Assembly (NCBI GenBank): GCA_963794695.1
Contig: CAWCFJ010000007.1
Span: forward strand, 44,310-108,309
Source: an uncultured Actinomycetes bacterium
Lineage (GTDB): Bacteria > Actinomycetota > Thermoleophilia > Gaiellales > JALYLC01
DNA length: 64,000 bases
Direction of reading: 5' to 3'
The notes below the pieces were generated by a model. That model was not told the origin of the DNA and searched no databases. It worked only from the letters and a program-made list of their open reading frames with translations. Positions 20,722 to 30,108 of the stretch are shown piece by piece. The position numbers and the translations under genes are program-made. The first letter of the stretch is position 1. Each line of letters opens with the position of its first letter.

Positions 20722-20733
20722 GTAATCGATTAC
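20722..20733. promoter_or_regulatory. Perfect 12-bp palindrome GTAATCGATTAC (LacI-type operator core) in the AT-rich region upstream of lacI
   Basis: The sequence reads ...cctgtaaaggattccaGTAATCGATTACagaggcgggatggttacag.... It resembles the TGNAANCGNTTNCA operator class. TGTAA-like half-sites also flank it at 20707 and 20746. Confidence 0.45.
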
Positions 20734-20790
20734 AGAGGCGGGATGGTTACAGACGCGACGGGCCGCCGTCAAGGCGTCAGGGGCGAGGGG

Positions 20791-21543
20791 TCACGCCCGC
20801 AGGACGGCCCGCAGGCCGTCGACCAGCGCGGGCTCCCAGGTCTCCCAGCCGTGGCCGCCGGCGTAGGAGCGCTGGGTCAGCGTCACGCCCGGCCGGCCGG
20901 CCAGGTCGGCGCCGACGACCAGCGCGTCGGCGGCCAGGCTCTCGTCCGTGCCGGCGGCCACGAAGGCCCGCAGGGGCAGGCCCGACGGCGGCAGGCGGCT
21001 CGGCAGCCAGGCGGCGTAGGCGTCCTCGTCGAACGGCGCGTCGCCGCGGCCGAACGCGCCGAACCGCCGGGCGTTCGAGTCGGCGTGCGGGAACGGGTCG
21101 TAGACCGCCGGGCTCAGCGCCACCAGGCCGCCGAACACCTCCGGGTGGGCCAGGGCCAGCCGCAGCGCACCGGCGCCGCCCATCGAGTAGCCGGCGGCCA
21201 CGCGGCCGTCGCGCTCGCGGAGCACCGGCCAGGCGTCCTCGACGTGGGCCACCAGATCGCGTACCAGCGCGGTCTCGACCGGCCGGCCGTGGCGGTGGGC
21301 CGAGTCGGTGTACCACGACGAGCGCTCGCTCCACGGGGCGTCGACCAGCACGCCCAGGAACGGCGGCAGGCCCGCCGCCTCGAGGGCCGGCAGCACCGGA
21401 GTCCAGCCGTGGGCGTCGTCGGTGCGCCCGTGCAGGAGGAGCACCCACGGCAGCCCCTCCCCGCCTCCGGCCGGCAGGACGGCGCGGTACGCGATCGCCT
21501 CCGAGAGGGTCGGCGAGGGAGCCTCGCAGTCGTGGACCCGCAT
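20791..21543 (-). CDS. Alpha/beta hydrolase (putative esterase family)
   Basis: LLLHGRTDDAHGW...GYSMGGAGALRLALAHPEVFGGLVALSPAV, the nucleophile-elbow GxSxG. Confidence 0.75.
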   Translation of the reverse strand: MRVHDCEAPSPTLSEAIAYRAVLPAGGGEGLPWVLLLHGRTDDAHGWTPVLPALEAAGLPPFLGVLVDAPWSERSSWYTDSAHRHGRPVETALVRDLVAHVEDAWPVLRERDGRVAAGYSMGGAGALRLALAHPEVFGGLVALSPAVYDPFPHADSNARRFGAFGRGDAPFDEDAYAAWLPSRLPPSGLPLRAFVAAGTDESLAADALVVGADLAGRPGVTLTQRSYAGGHGWETWEPALVDGLRAVLRA

Positions 21544-21618
21544 CGGCGCAGCCTACGTCCGTGTAGCCGGCTCCTACATCGATCCCACCCGAGCCGGACG
21601 CTCCTTACCGTCGGCGGC

Positions 21619-22083
21619 ATGACGACCCACCGGAGCGACTTCGACTTCTACGTCGGCACCTGGAAGATCCACAACCGCCGGCTGCGCCAGGCCCTCGCCG
21701 GCTCGACCGAGTGGTACGAGTTCGAGGCCACCGGCCGGGCCAGGAGCATCCTCGACGGCGGCGGCAACATCGACGAGTACGAGGCTCCGAGCGAGGGCCT
21801 CGTCGGCTTCACCCTGCGGGTCTTCGACCCGGAGCGGGACGAGTGGCTGCTGTACTGGGCCGGGCGCGCCGGCGGGCCGCTCGGCGCGCCCCAGGTCGGG
21901 CGGATGGAGAACGGCCGCGGCGACTTCTACGCCGACGACGTCTGGAACGGCATCCCCATCCGGGTCGTCTACCGCTGGACCGTGATCAGCCCGAACGAGG
22001 CCCGCTGGGAGCAGGCGTTCTCGACCGACGGCGGCGAGACCTGGGAGACGAACTGGATCATGGAGTCGACCCGGGTCGAGTGA
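21619..22083 (+). CDS. DUF1579-like hypothetical protein
   Basis: MTTHRSDFDFYVGTWKIHNRRL...WLLYWAGRAGG.... The family naming is tentative. Confidence 0.5.
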   Translation: MTTHRSDFDFYVGTWKIHNRRLRQALAGSTEWYEFEATGRARSILDGGGNIDEYEAPSEGLVGFTLRVFDPERDEWLLYWAGRAGGPLGAPQVGRMENGRGDFYADDVWNGIPIRVVYRWTVISPNEARWEQAFSTDGGETWETNWIMESTRVE

Positions 22084-23018
22084 GCTACGCGGCGCTGGCG
22101 CGGTGCTGCTGCGGGCTGACCCCGCGCACCCGCTTGAACGCGGTGCTCAGCGCGAACGGGCTGCCGTAGCCGACCTGCGCGGCGACCGAGCCGATGGTGG
22201 TCTCCGGGCTCGAGCAGCAGGTCGGCCGCCAGCGCCAGGCGCCAGCCGGTCAGGAACGCCATCGGCGGCTCGCCCACGAGCTCGGCGAAGCGCCGCGCCA
22301 GGGTGGCCCGCGAGACCCGGCAGGCCGTCGCCAGCGAGGCGACCGTCCAGGGGCGTTCGGGCTCCTCGTGCAGCAGCCGCAGCGCCGGGCCGACGATCGG
22401 GTCGGACGCCGCCCGGTACCAGCCGGGCGCCTCCGCCGCGGGGCGGGCGAACCAGGCGCGCAGGACGGCGATCAGGAGCAGGTCGAGCAGCCGGTCGAGC
22501 ACCGCCTCCTGCCCGGGCGCGTCCTTGACGACCTCGTCGGCGAGGAGCGGGATGAACGGGCAGTCCCACTCGTCCCGGCGCAGCACCACGAGCGGCGGAA
22601 GCGCCCGCAGGAGGCGCTGGCTGACGGCGCCGTCGAGCTGGTAGGTGCCCGTCAGCAGGACCGTCTGGCCGTCGAGCGTGTTGCCCCAGGAGCGCACGCC
22701 GAGGTCGCGCATCGACAGCTCCCGCCCGTCGGGCGTCGTGCAGCGCTGCCCGGGCAGGATCACGACCTGCGGCGGCGTCGACGGCTCGTCGGCCACCAGG
22801 TAGTGGCCCGGGCCGCGGACGACGGCCACGTCGTGCCCGGTGAGCCGCGTCCACGGGCCGTCGTCGAAGGCCAGGTGGGCGGAGCCGCGGACGACCGCCA
22901 CCAGCGTGAGCGGCGCCTCGTCCTCGATGCGCAACGACCACGGCGGCTCGAGGCTCGAGCGCAGCAGGAAGGCCCCGCGGGCCCGGGGCCCGTCGAGCAG
23001 GCCGGCGATGGCGTCCAT
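22084..23018 (-). CDS. AraC family transcriptional regulator (cupin N-domain), C-terminal frameshift near 22215
   Basis: The C-terminal HTH is restored by removing one g in 'cccggag': ...LEPETTIGSVAAQVGYGSPFALSTAFKRVRGVSPQQHRASAA*, ending at 22084. Confidence 0.7.
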
Positions 23019-23100
23019 GCCGCAGATCCTAGACGCTCGCGCATGCTTCTGCGGGATATGACTATGGACGGTCTCATTCGACGCTGCTCAACTTGCGGCA

Positions 23101-23642
23101 TGAGCACCATGACCTCCACCGCCACGCACCACACCGCGACCCGCTCGGCCGGCCGGGCACTGCCGCTCGCGACCACCACCGCGGCGGTCGGCGCCGCCGT
23201 CGTCGGCGGCGTGTTCTTCGCCTTCTCGACGTTCGTGATGCCGGCCCTCGACGAGCTGCCGGCCGCGCAGGGGATCGAGGCGATGCAGGCCGTCAACCGC
23301 ACCGCCGTCGGGCCCGGCCTGATGCTCGCCCTGTTCGGCACCGCGGCGGCCTGCGCCGGCCTCGGGATCGTCGCGCTTCGCCGCCGCGACCGGCCGGCCG
23401 CGCGCTGGCTGCTGGCCGGCTCGGCCGTCTACCTGGTCGGCGTGATCGGGGTGACGATGGCCGCCAACGTCCCGCTCAACGACTCCCTCGCCGCCGTCCA
23501 CCCGCACGCCGCCGGCGCCGCGGACACCTGGTCGGACTACCTGACGCGCTGGACGGCCTGGAACCACGTCCGCACCGTGGCCTCGGTCGCCGCCGCCGGC
23601 CTGCTGCTCGCCGGGCGCCGGCGGGTGCGCTCCGGCGAATAG
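23101..23642 (+). CDS. DUF1772 (anthrone-oxygenase-like) integral membrane protein
   Basis: Four predicted transmembrane helices. ...FSTFVMPALDELPAAQGIEAMQAVNRTAVGPGLMLALFG.... Confidence 0.55.
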
Positions 23643-23745
23643 ATGACCCGAACGGGGGTTTCATTAGATTCCGGTAGCTGTCATTTCGAGTAAGAGCGGT
23701 TGAACCCCCGACGACCGCGACCCCCACTCCTCGGAGGACCGTTCG

Positions 23746-23847
23746 ATGATCAAGTGGAACCCCCGTCTGTTCAAGGTCGCGAGCATCCTCGCCGCGATCG
23801 GCGCCTTCGCCGTCGCCTCGGGTGCCGGCACCCGCTGGATGACCTAG
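23746..23847 (+). CDS. Small ORF of 33 aa, MIKWNPRLFKVASILAAIGAFAVASGAGTRWMT: hydrophobic mini-protein or leader peptide
   Basis: Strong RBS GGAGGA 8 nt upstream of the ATG. It lies in a locally AT-richer intergenic stretch and is too short for the supplied ORF track. Confidence 0.4.
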   Translation: MIKWNPRLFKVASILAAIGAFAVASGAGTRWMT

Positions 23848-23869
23848 ACCCCTCAAGAGGACGAGGGGT
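23848..23869 (+). terminator. Perfect 7-bp stem hairpin (ACCCCTC-aagaggac-GAGGGGT) immediately after the small-ORF stop. Possible attenuator or intrinsic terminator, with no U-tract
   Basis: Inverted repeat read directly from the sequence. It lies between the small ORF and the GGDEF/HD-GYP gene. Confidence 0.35.
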
Positions 23870-23909
23870 CCGGCCGATAAGCCCGGAGACCCAGCCGTTT
23901 CCAGTGCCG

Positions 23910-25767
23910 AACGCCGCTCCCCGCCCAGCAGCGCACGTCTACGCGCCCCGACTCCAGTGGTACCTGCGCAGCGTCATCGCGATCGCAGCGCCGCTGGTGG
24001 TCGGGGCTGTCGTCGTTCTGGCGCGCGGCGACCACGCGTCGGGCGCGCTGCTCGGGTCCCTGGTCTTCACCGTGGCGGCCGCCGCCGCCGAGCTGAAGCC
24101 CGTCCCGCTCGACGACACCGGCGACCGCAGCGTCTCGCTGGCCTTCGTCTTCCTGCTGGCGAGCCAGATCCTGTTCGGCTGGCCCGTCGCCGTGGTCGGC
24201 GCCGTCGTCTGCATGGGCCTCAGCCAGGCGGTCGAGCGGACCCCGCTCCCGCGCGCGACGTTCAACACCAGCGTCTACGCGCTGTCGGCCTTCCTGTCAG
24301 CCGCGCCGGCGCTGCTCACCGGCTGGGACGGGACGAGCGCCCGCGGCGACTCGTACGCCCTGATCGTGTACGTGTTCGTCGGCGGCGCCACGTTCGTGCT
24401 GGCCAACGTCCTGCTGATCGCGATCGCCGTGTCGCTGTTCCAGGGCACGCCGCTGCGGACGATCGTCGAGGACTACATCGGCCACGCCGGGCCGGCGTTC
24501 GCGATCATGGCGTTCATCTCGGCGCTGGCGACGGCGCTGTGGAAGATCTGGCCGCCGCTCGAGGTGCTGCTCGCCGGGCCGCTGTTCGCGCTCGCGCTGT
24601 ACCAGAGCTACGCCTACCGCTCGCTGGTCGCGACCCGGGATGCCGAGACCGACGGCCTGACCGGCCTGCGCAACCACCGCACGTTCCAGACCGACCTGCA
24701 CGAGTCGCTCGAGGCGGCCGAGTCCGAGCAGGCCTGCCTGGCGCTGGTGATGCTCGACATCGACGACTTCAAGGGGATCAACGACCAGTACGGCCACCCG
24801 ATCGGCGACCAGGTGCTGCGGACGATCGCCGAGGTGCTGGGCGAGATCGCCGGCACCGAGCGGGTCTTCCGGGTCGGCGGCGAGGAGTTCGCGGTGCTCC
24901 TGCCCGAGCGCGGGCCGGCGGCGGCGAAGGAGCTGCTGGACGACGTCCACGCCAGGATCGGCGACACCACGTTCCCGCACGACGAGCGGGTCACGGTCAG
25001 CGCGGGCATCGCCGTCTTCCCCGAGATGGCCGACAGCCGCGACAGCCTGGTGCAGATGGCCGACAGCGCGCTGTACTGGGCCAAGAACCACGGCAAGGCC
25101 CACACCTGCGTCTACTCGAAGGGCATCGACAACGTGCGCCGGCCGAGCGAGATCGCGGTGCTCGCCGAGCGTCACGGGCGCCTGCGGGCGGCCGAGAGCC
25201 TGATCCGGATCGTCGACGCGAAGGACACCTACACCGGCGAGCACTCCCAGTCGGTGAGCCGGCTCGCGGAGGGCATCGCCCGCACCCACGGCCTCGACGC
25301 GAAGACGGTGGAGCAGGTGCGGCTGGCCGCGCTGCTGCACGACATGGGGAAGATCGCGGTGCCCGACCAGATCCTGCAGAAGCCCGGCAAGCTCGATCCC
25401 GACGAGCTCGCGGTGCTGCGCGAGCATCCCGAGCTCGGCTTCCAGCTGCTCGAGGGTCTCGGCGTGGCCCCGGTGGACGCGTGGGTGCGCCACCACCACG
25501 AGTTCTGGGACGGGAGCGGCTACCCGCACGGCCTGCAGGGCGAGGAGATCCCGCTCGGCTCGCGGATCATCCTGGTCGCCGACGCCTTCGACGCGATGAC
25601 CAGCGACCGGGCCTACCGCCGCGGCGGCAGCGTCCGGGACGCCGTCGCCGAGCTGCGGCGCAAGTCGTGGACGCAGTTCGACGCCCGCTTCGTGGCCGCC
25701 CTCGAGGCGTACCTCGGCCGAGCAGGGCATCGCCGACGATCCTCCGTCCACGGCGGCGGTCGGCTGA
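23910..25767 (+). CDS. Membrane-anchored diguanylate cyclase (GGDEF) + HD-GYP phosphodiesterase hybrid protein
   Basis: N-terminal multi-transmembrane domain. GGDEF block RNHRTFQTDL...LDIDDFKGINDQYGHPIGDQVL...RVGGEEFAVLL. HD-GYP block AALLHDMGKIAVPD...HHHEFWDGSGYPHGL. The start (GTG 23910) and end are uncertain. The frame runs on into the next gene, but a TGATG stop/start junction exists at 25765-25769 in the +1 frame. Confidence 0.7.
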
Positions 25768-26312
25768 TGGTGCTCGCCCTCGGAGCCGTGCTGGGCATCC
25801 TCGTCGGGTACGTCCTGGGCGGGAGCCTGCCCCGGCTCGCGGACCTGAAGCTGCGCGGCCTCCCGCTGTTCGGGATCGCGATCGGCCTGCAGCTCCTGGC
25901 CTATCCGCCGAGATGGGCGCCGCCGGACCGGGTCGCGACCTGGATGTGGCTGTCGAGCTACGGCGTGATCATCGTCGTGGCGGTGCTGAACCGGCGCGTC
26001 CGCGGCTTCCCGCTGGCGACGCTCGGGATGCTCTCGAACCTGGCCGCGGTCACGAGCAACGGCGGGCACATGCCGGCGCTGCGCAGCGCGATGGCCGACG
26101 CCGGGGTGGACTTCGGCGTCCGGGCCAACAGCGTGGCCGCGAGCTCGCCGAACCTCCCCTGGCTGATCGACCGCTGGGGCGCGCCGTGGTGGGTTCCCAT
26201 GGCCAACGTGTACTCGGTCGGCGACGTGCTCCTGGCCCTCGGCGCCGTGGTGATCGTGGCCGCCGGGATGGGTGCCCGGCTGCCGCGGCTGCCCCGCCGC
26301 CAGCCTGCCTAG
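25767..26312 (+). CDS. Small integral membrane protein (DUF5317-like?) downstream of GGDEF/HD-GYP
   Basis: MVLALGAVLGILVGYVLGGSLPRLADLKLRGLPLFGIAIGLQLLAY.... The ATG at 25767 overlaps an out-of-frame TGA. Confidence 0.45.
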   Translation: MVLALGAVLGILVGYVLGGSLPRLADLKLRGLPLFGIAIGLQLLAYPPRWAPPDRVATWMWLSSYGVIIVVAVLNRRVRGFPLATLGMLSNLAAVTSNGGHMPALRSAMADAGVDFGVRANSVAASSPNLPWLIDRWGAPWWVPMANVYSVGDVLLALGAVVIVAAGMGARLPRLPRRQPA

Positions 26313-26470
26313 GCCGGCGGGACGTCGAGTCCGGGCGAGCTGCAGCGCGGGTTGTCGCAGACGTATGGCCGGCCGCGGTCGCCGCCGTGGAAGTGCGGGT
26401 CGCCGTCGGGGCGGGCCGGGCGCAGCGCACGAGCGAGGACGTCGCGCAGCCGGATGGTGAGAGGGGTCAT
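26309..26470 (-). CDS. Hypothetical small protein (MTPLTIRLRDVLARALRPARPDGDPHFHGGDRGRPYVCDNPRCSSPGLDVPPA)
   Basis: Short ORF divergent from lysR. No recognisable family. Confidence 0.25.
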   Translation of the reverse strand: MTPLTIRLRDVLARALRPARPDGDPHFHGGDRGRPYVCDNPRCSSPGLDVPPA

Positions 26471-26541
26471 CGAGTGCTCCTGTGGTCGGGTGGTCGCTCC
26501 GACCATAGTGGCAAACGATGATTTGTGCGATGCTATAGCTC

Positions 26542-27469
26542 TTGACTATTGATCCTCGTCGCGTGCTGACTTTTCGGGAGGTCGCCCGCCAGCGCTCGTT
26601 CTCGCGCGCCGCCCGGGAGCTCTCGCTCTCGCAGCCGTCGGTCTCGAACCAGGTCGCACTGCTCGAGCGCGAGCTCGGCGTGCGTCTCTTCGAGCGGGCG
26701 CACGGCGGCGTGCGGCTCACGCCCGAGGGCGAGATCCTGCTGAACCACGCCGACGCCGTGGCCGAGCGCTTCGCGCTGGCCGAGGCGCAGCTCGCGGCCG
26801 CCGTCGAGGGCGCTCGGGCGCAGCTTCGGATCGGCGCGTTCCCGACGGCGCTCGCCGCGCTGGTGCCCGAGGCGATCGAGCGCCTGCGGCGCGACCACCC
26901 GGCTGCGCGGGTGACCGCAGACGAGGGCGGCGACGAGCTCGTGGGCCGGTTGCGGGACGGCGCGCTGCACCTGGTGCTGGCCTTCCAGGCGCACCGACGA
27001 GCCGCGCCAGGAGCCTGTCGGCCTCGAGCGCCGGGACCTCGTTCGTGAGGACTTCCTGGTGGCCCTGGCCCCGGACCATCCGTTGGCTGCGGAGCCGGCG
27101 ATCCCGCTCGCCGCCCTGGCCGATGCGGACTGGACGGCGGGTGCCGCGGACGGCGCGATCGTGCGGGCCTGTCGCGCCGCGGGGTTCGAGCCCCGGCTCG
27201 TCTCCCTCACGGACGACCCGCTCGCGGTGCGCGCCCTGGTGGCGCGCGGGCTGGCCGTCACGCTGGTGCCCGAGCTGCTCTTCGAGCCCGTCGAGGGGCT
27301 GGCGCTTCGGCCGCTTGCGGGTGCGGGTCCGGCGCGCGACGTGTACGCGCTGCTGCCGCCGGGCGGCCGTCACCCGCTGGCGTCCGAAGCGCTCGACGCA
27401 CTCGGCGAGAGCGCCGAACGTCTTCGGGACTCAAGGTTGCTGCCCCGTCGGCCGATGCGGGAGGTGTGA
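26542..27469 (+). CDS. LysR family transcriptional regulator, frameshift near 26990
   Basis: HTH LTFREVARQRSFSRAARELSLSQPSVSNQVALLERELGVRLFER. The co-inducer domain continues in the next frame: ...RTDEPRQEPVGLERRDLVREDFLVALAPDHPLA... Confidence 0.75.
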
Positions 27470-27955
27470 GAGCCGCAGCTCCCTCGCCCGACCAGAAGAC
27501 ACGCCGCATCAGCGCGCGGCGGGTGCGTCGGACGGCCTGGTGGCAGGCCTACGTCGAGCTGTCGGGTGGTCGCTGCTCCTACTGTCACGTGGCCGGGCGA
27601 GCCGTTGACGCTCGAGCACATCGAGCCGCTCTCGATCGGCGGCACGAATGCGCCGGACAACCTGCTCCCGGTGTGCGGCGACTGCAACCACGCGAAGGGC
27701 AGCCTGACGCTGCGGGCGTTCGTCGACGAGTGGACGTTCGCGGCCGCCGAGGGCAAGCCGCACCCGCTCGGCCAGATCGTGAACGGCGAGTGGGTGCTGT
27801 CGGACGCCGCCGCGGCGATCCAGGCGCGGCGCGAGCGGACGGCTCGCGGCCGGCTCGCGGGTGTGCGCGCGACGGCCGCGCGGGCGATCGCCCTGCCGCC
27901 GGTGCGCCGGCGGGTGCTGGGCGAGATCGCCTACGCGGCCGCGTACGACGCCTAG
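27466..27955 (+). CDS. HNH endonuclease, frameshift near 27590
   Basis: GGRCSYCHV is in one frame and LTLEHIEPLSIGGTNAPDNLLPVCGDCNHAKG in the next. Together they form the canonical HNH Cys/His motif. Confidence 0.6.
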
Positions 27956-29605
27956 CTTCCTGTCGTCAGCTCGAAGGCGCCCATGTCGCAGCCGGCGCCC
28001 TGCGGGCGCTTGATGCCGCGCTGGTCGGTCTTCGGGCAGCCGAGGCGCTTCTTCGCCGGGCCGGCGTCGACGGCGGGGCTCTCGGGGTCGAGGGCCATCG
28101 TCTGGGTCGGGCCGCCGTTGTCGGCCAGCGGGCCGAGCAGCGGGTCGAGTCCGAACAGCGAGCTCGTGCTCGTGGTGATGGTGCAGCCGGCGGAGTCCCG
28201 AGCAGGGAGTAGGCGAACACGCGCAGCGTGCCGGCGCAGTCGTTGCCGTTGGCGGCGGTGTTGTCGGCGACGATCGAGTCGGTGAGGCTCACCGAGCCGC
28301 CGAAGACCGCGATGCCGCCGCCGAAGATCGCCGCCGTGGTTGTCGGCGAGCGTGAGGCCGACTGCCCGAGGCTGCCGTCGCCGAAGTTGGCGATCCCGGC
28401 GCCGCCGTCGGTCGGGCACGGCAGGGGCGTCGGGTCGCCGATGCGGTGCAGGCGAAGTCGATGCGTGTTGCCCGAGACCGTCGTGTTCGTGATGTCGAGC
28501 ACGTGCCCTGTTGGCGATGCCGGCGCCGAAGCTCTGGTCGCACGCGCTGCGCCGAGTGTCGTGAAGCAGTGCTGCGTGAGCGTGTTCCCGGAGACGGTGC
28601 TCCCGGACAGGTGGAGCGTCCCCTGGTTCGTGATCCCCGCGCCCTGGACGCGGCGTGAACTCGTCGACGTCGGGTCGTGTCGGCACGCGCGGAGTTGTCG
28701 CTCACCGTGCTGTCGGTCAGCCACAGCTCGCCCGCGTTGACGATGCCCGAAGCGCGAACGTCGGAGGGTGTCCGCCCGCGGTAGCCGCTCGTTGCCGCTG
28801 ACCGTGCGTGCGCGTGAGCGTGCATCGAGCCGCCGTTCCCGAGGGCCGATCCCGGTGTTGCCGGTGATGCCGCTGTCGATGATCGTCGCGACCCCGGTCG
28901 TGGGCGTTGCCGCTGGCCGATGGCAGCCCGCTCTCAGGTCGTCCGGCGGATCACGAGCGTCCCGAGGTTGACGATCCGCCGAGCGCAGATCCTCGTCCTT
29001 GAACAGCGTCAGCTGCAGCTCGTTGTCACGCGAGCGTGCTGTCGCTGAGCGTGAACGTCCCGGTCGTCTCGGCGGCGATCGCCAGCTCCCACCGAGTGGT
29101 TGCCCACCATCGCCACGTGCGAGAGCGTCGCCGTGCCCGCGGTTCGATGATCGCGCCGCCGATCGAGCGTGCCCGGATCCTCGGGCCGGATAGCGCTCCG
29201 CCGGTGAGCGTGGCGTTCGACGAGCTTCAGGCTGCCGCCCGTGCGGACGTCGAGCACGCCGTCGAGCGCGTTCGCGTCGATCGTCGCGCCGTTGCCCTTG
29301 ATCGTCAGCGGGCCCGTGATGTCGAGGTCGCCCTGGCGCTCGCGTCCTCGTGCGGGCCGTCGATGCTGAACGAGTAGGTCGCGTCCTTCGCGAGCTTGAT
29401 GACGTCGGCGCCGGAGCCGGCCTTGCAGCCGCCGGCCGCCGCGTCGGTGTTGCTCGCGATCACCGCCGCGCGCAGCGAGCAGCCGCTCCGAACTCAGCGT
29501 GTCCGCCGTCGTCGTGACCTTGATGGTGGCGGCGGGCGCAGCCGGCGCCGCCACCGCGAGCACGACGATCGCGCGGACGATCGTCCTTCCCAGGCGTCGA
29601 GTCAT
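27952..29605 (-). pseudogene. CSLREA-type / choice-of-anchor Q right-handed beta-helix secreted protein, broken into at least 4 frames
   Basis: N-terminal signal plus TIKVTTTADTLSSE. Internal GDLDITGPLTIKGNGATIDANALDGVLDVRTGGSLKLVER. C-terminal ...LGPLADNGGPTQTMALDPESPAVDAGPAKKRLGCPKTDQRGIKRPQGAGCDMGAFE, the choice-of-anchor Q tail. Confidence 0.55.
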
Positions 29606-29694
29606 GGCGGCCGATCCTAACCAAAGCGCATGAATGCTCGCAACGAAAAGTGGAGAAAACCACCCACAATGGGAGCATCGGTCCACCCGCCACA

Positions 29695-30108
29695 ATGCGG
29701 CGGTGGCCGCCGACTCCGCGCTTCGTCATCCAGCTGCACCACGCGACGGCGCTGCACTACGACTTCCGGCTCGAGGCCGCCGGCGTGCTCAAGTCCTGGG
29801 CCGTCCCGAAGGGGCTCTCGACCAACCCTCGGGTCAAGCGGCTCGCCGTCGAGGTCGCCGACCACGACCTCGCCCACGCCGACTACGAGAACGAGCAGAC
29901 GGGGCGGGGGAGCGTCCGCATCTGGGACAGCGGCACCTACCGCAGCCTCACCGACGGGCCGGTCGAGGACGCGATCGCCGCCGGCCACCTCTCGTTCTGG
30001 CTCGAAGGTGCGAAGCTGCGCGGCGGCTGGACGCTGCAGCGCACCAGCGATGGCGAGAAGCCCCAGTGGATCCTGGTCAAGCGCCGCGACGAGGAGGCGG
30101 ACACATGA
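29695..30108 (+). CDS. LigD 3'-phosphoesterase (PE) domain protein
   Basis: RFVIQLHHATALHYDFRLEAAGVLKSWAVPKGLSTNP matches the LigD-PE signature. Confidence 0.75.
   Translation: MRRWPPTPRFVIQLHHATALHYDFRLEAAGVLKSWAVPKGLSTNPRVKRLAVEVADHDLAHADYENEQTGRGSVRIWDSGTYRSLTDGPVEDAIAAGHLSFWLEGAKLRGGWTLQRTSDGEKPQWILVKRRDEEADT

Noticed and set aside
25767-26312. Treating 23700..26312 as a single 870-aa fusion protein
   Set aside because: A domain boundary, an independent membrane protein with its own ATG, and a TGATG overlap in the +1 frame make two genes (with an indel) more likely. Kept as a finding rather than a fused feature.
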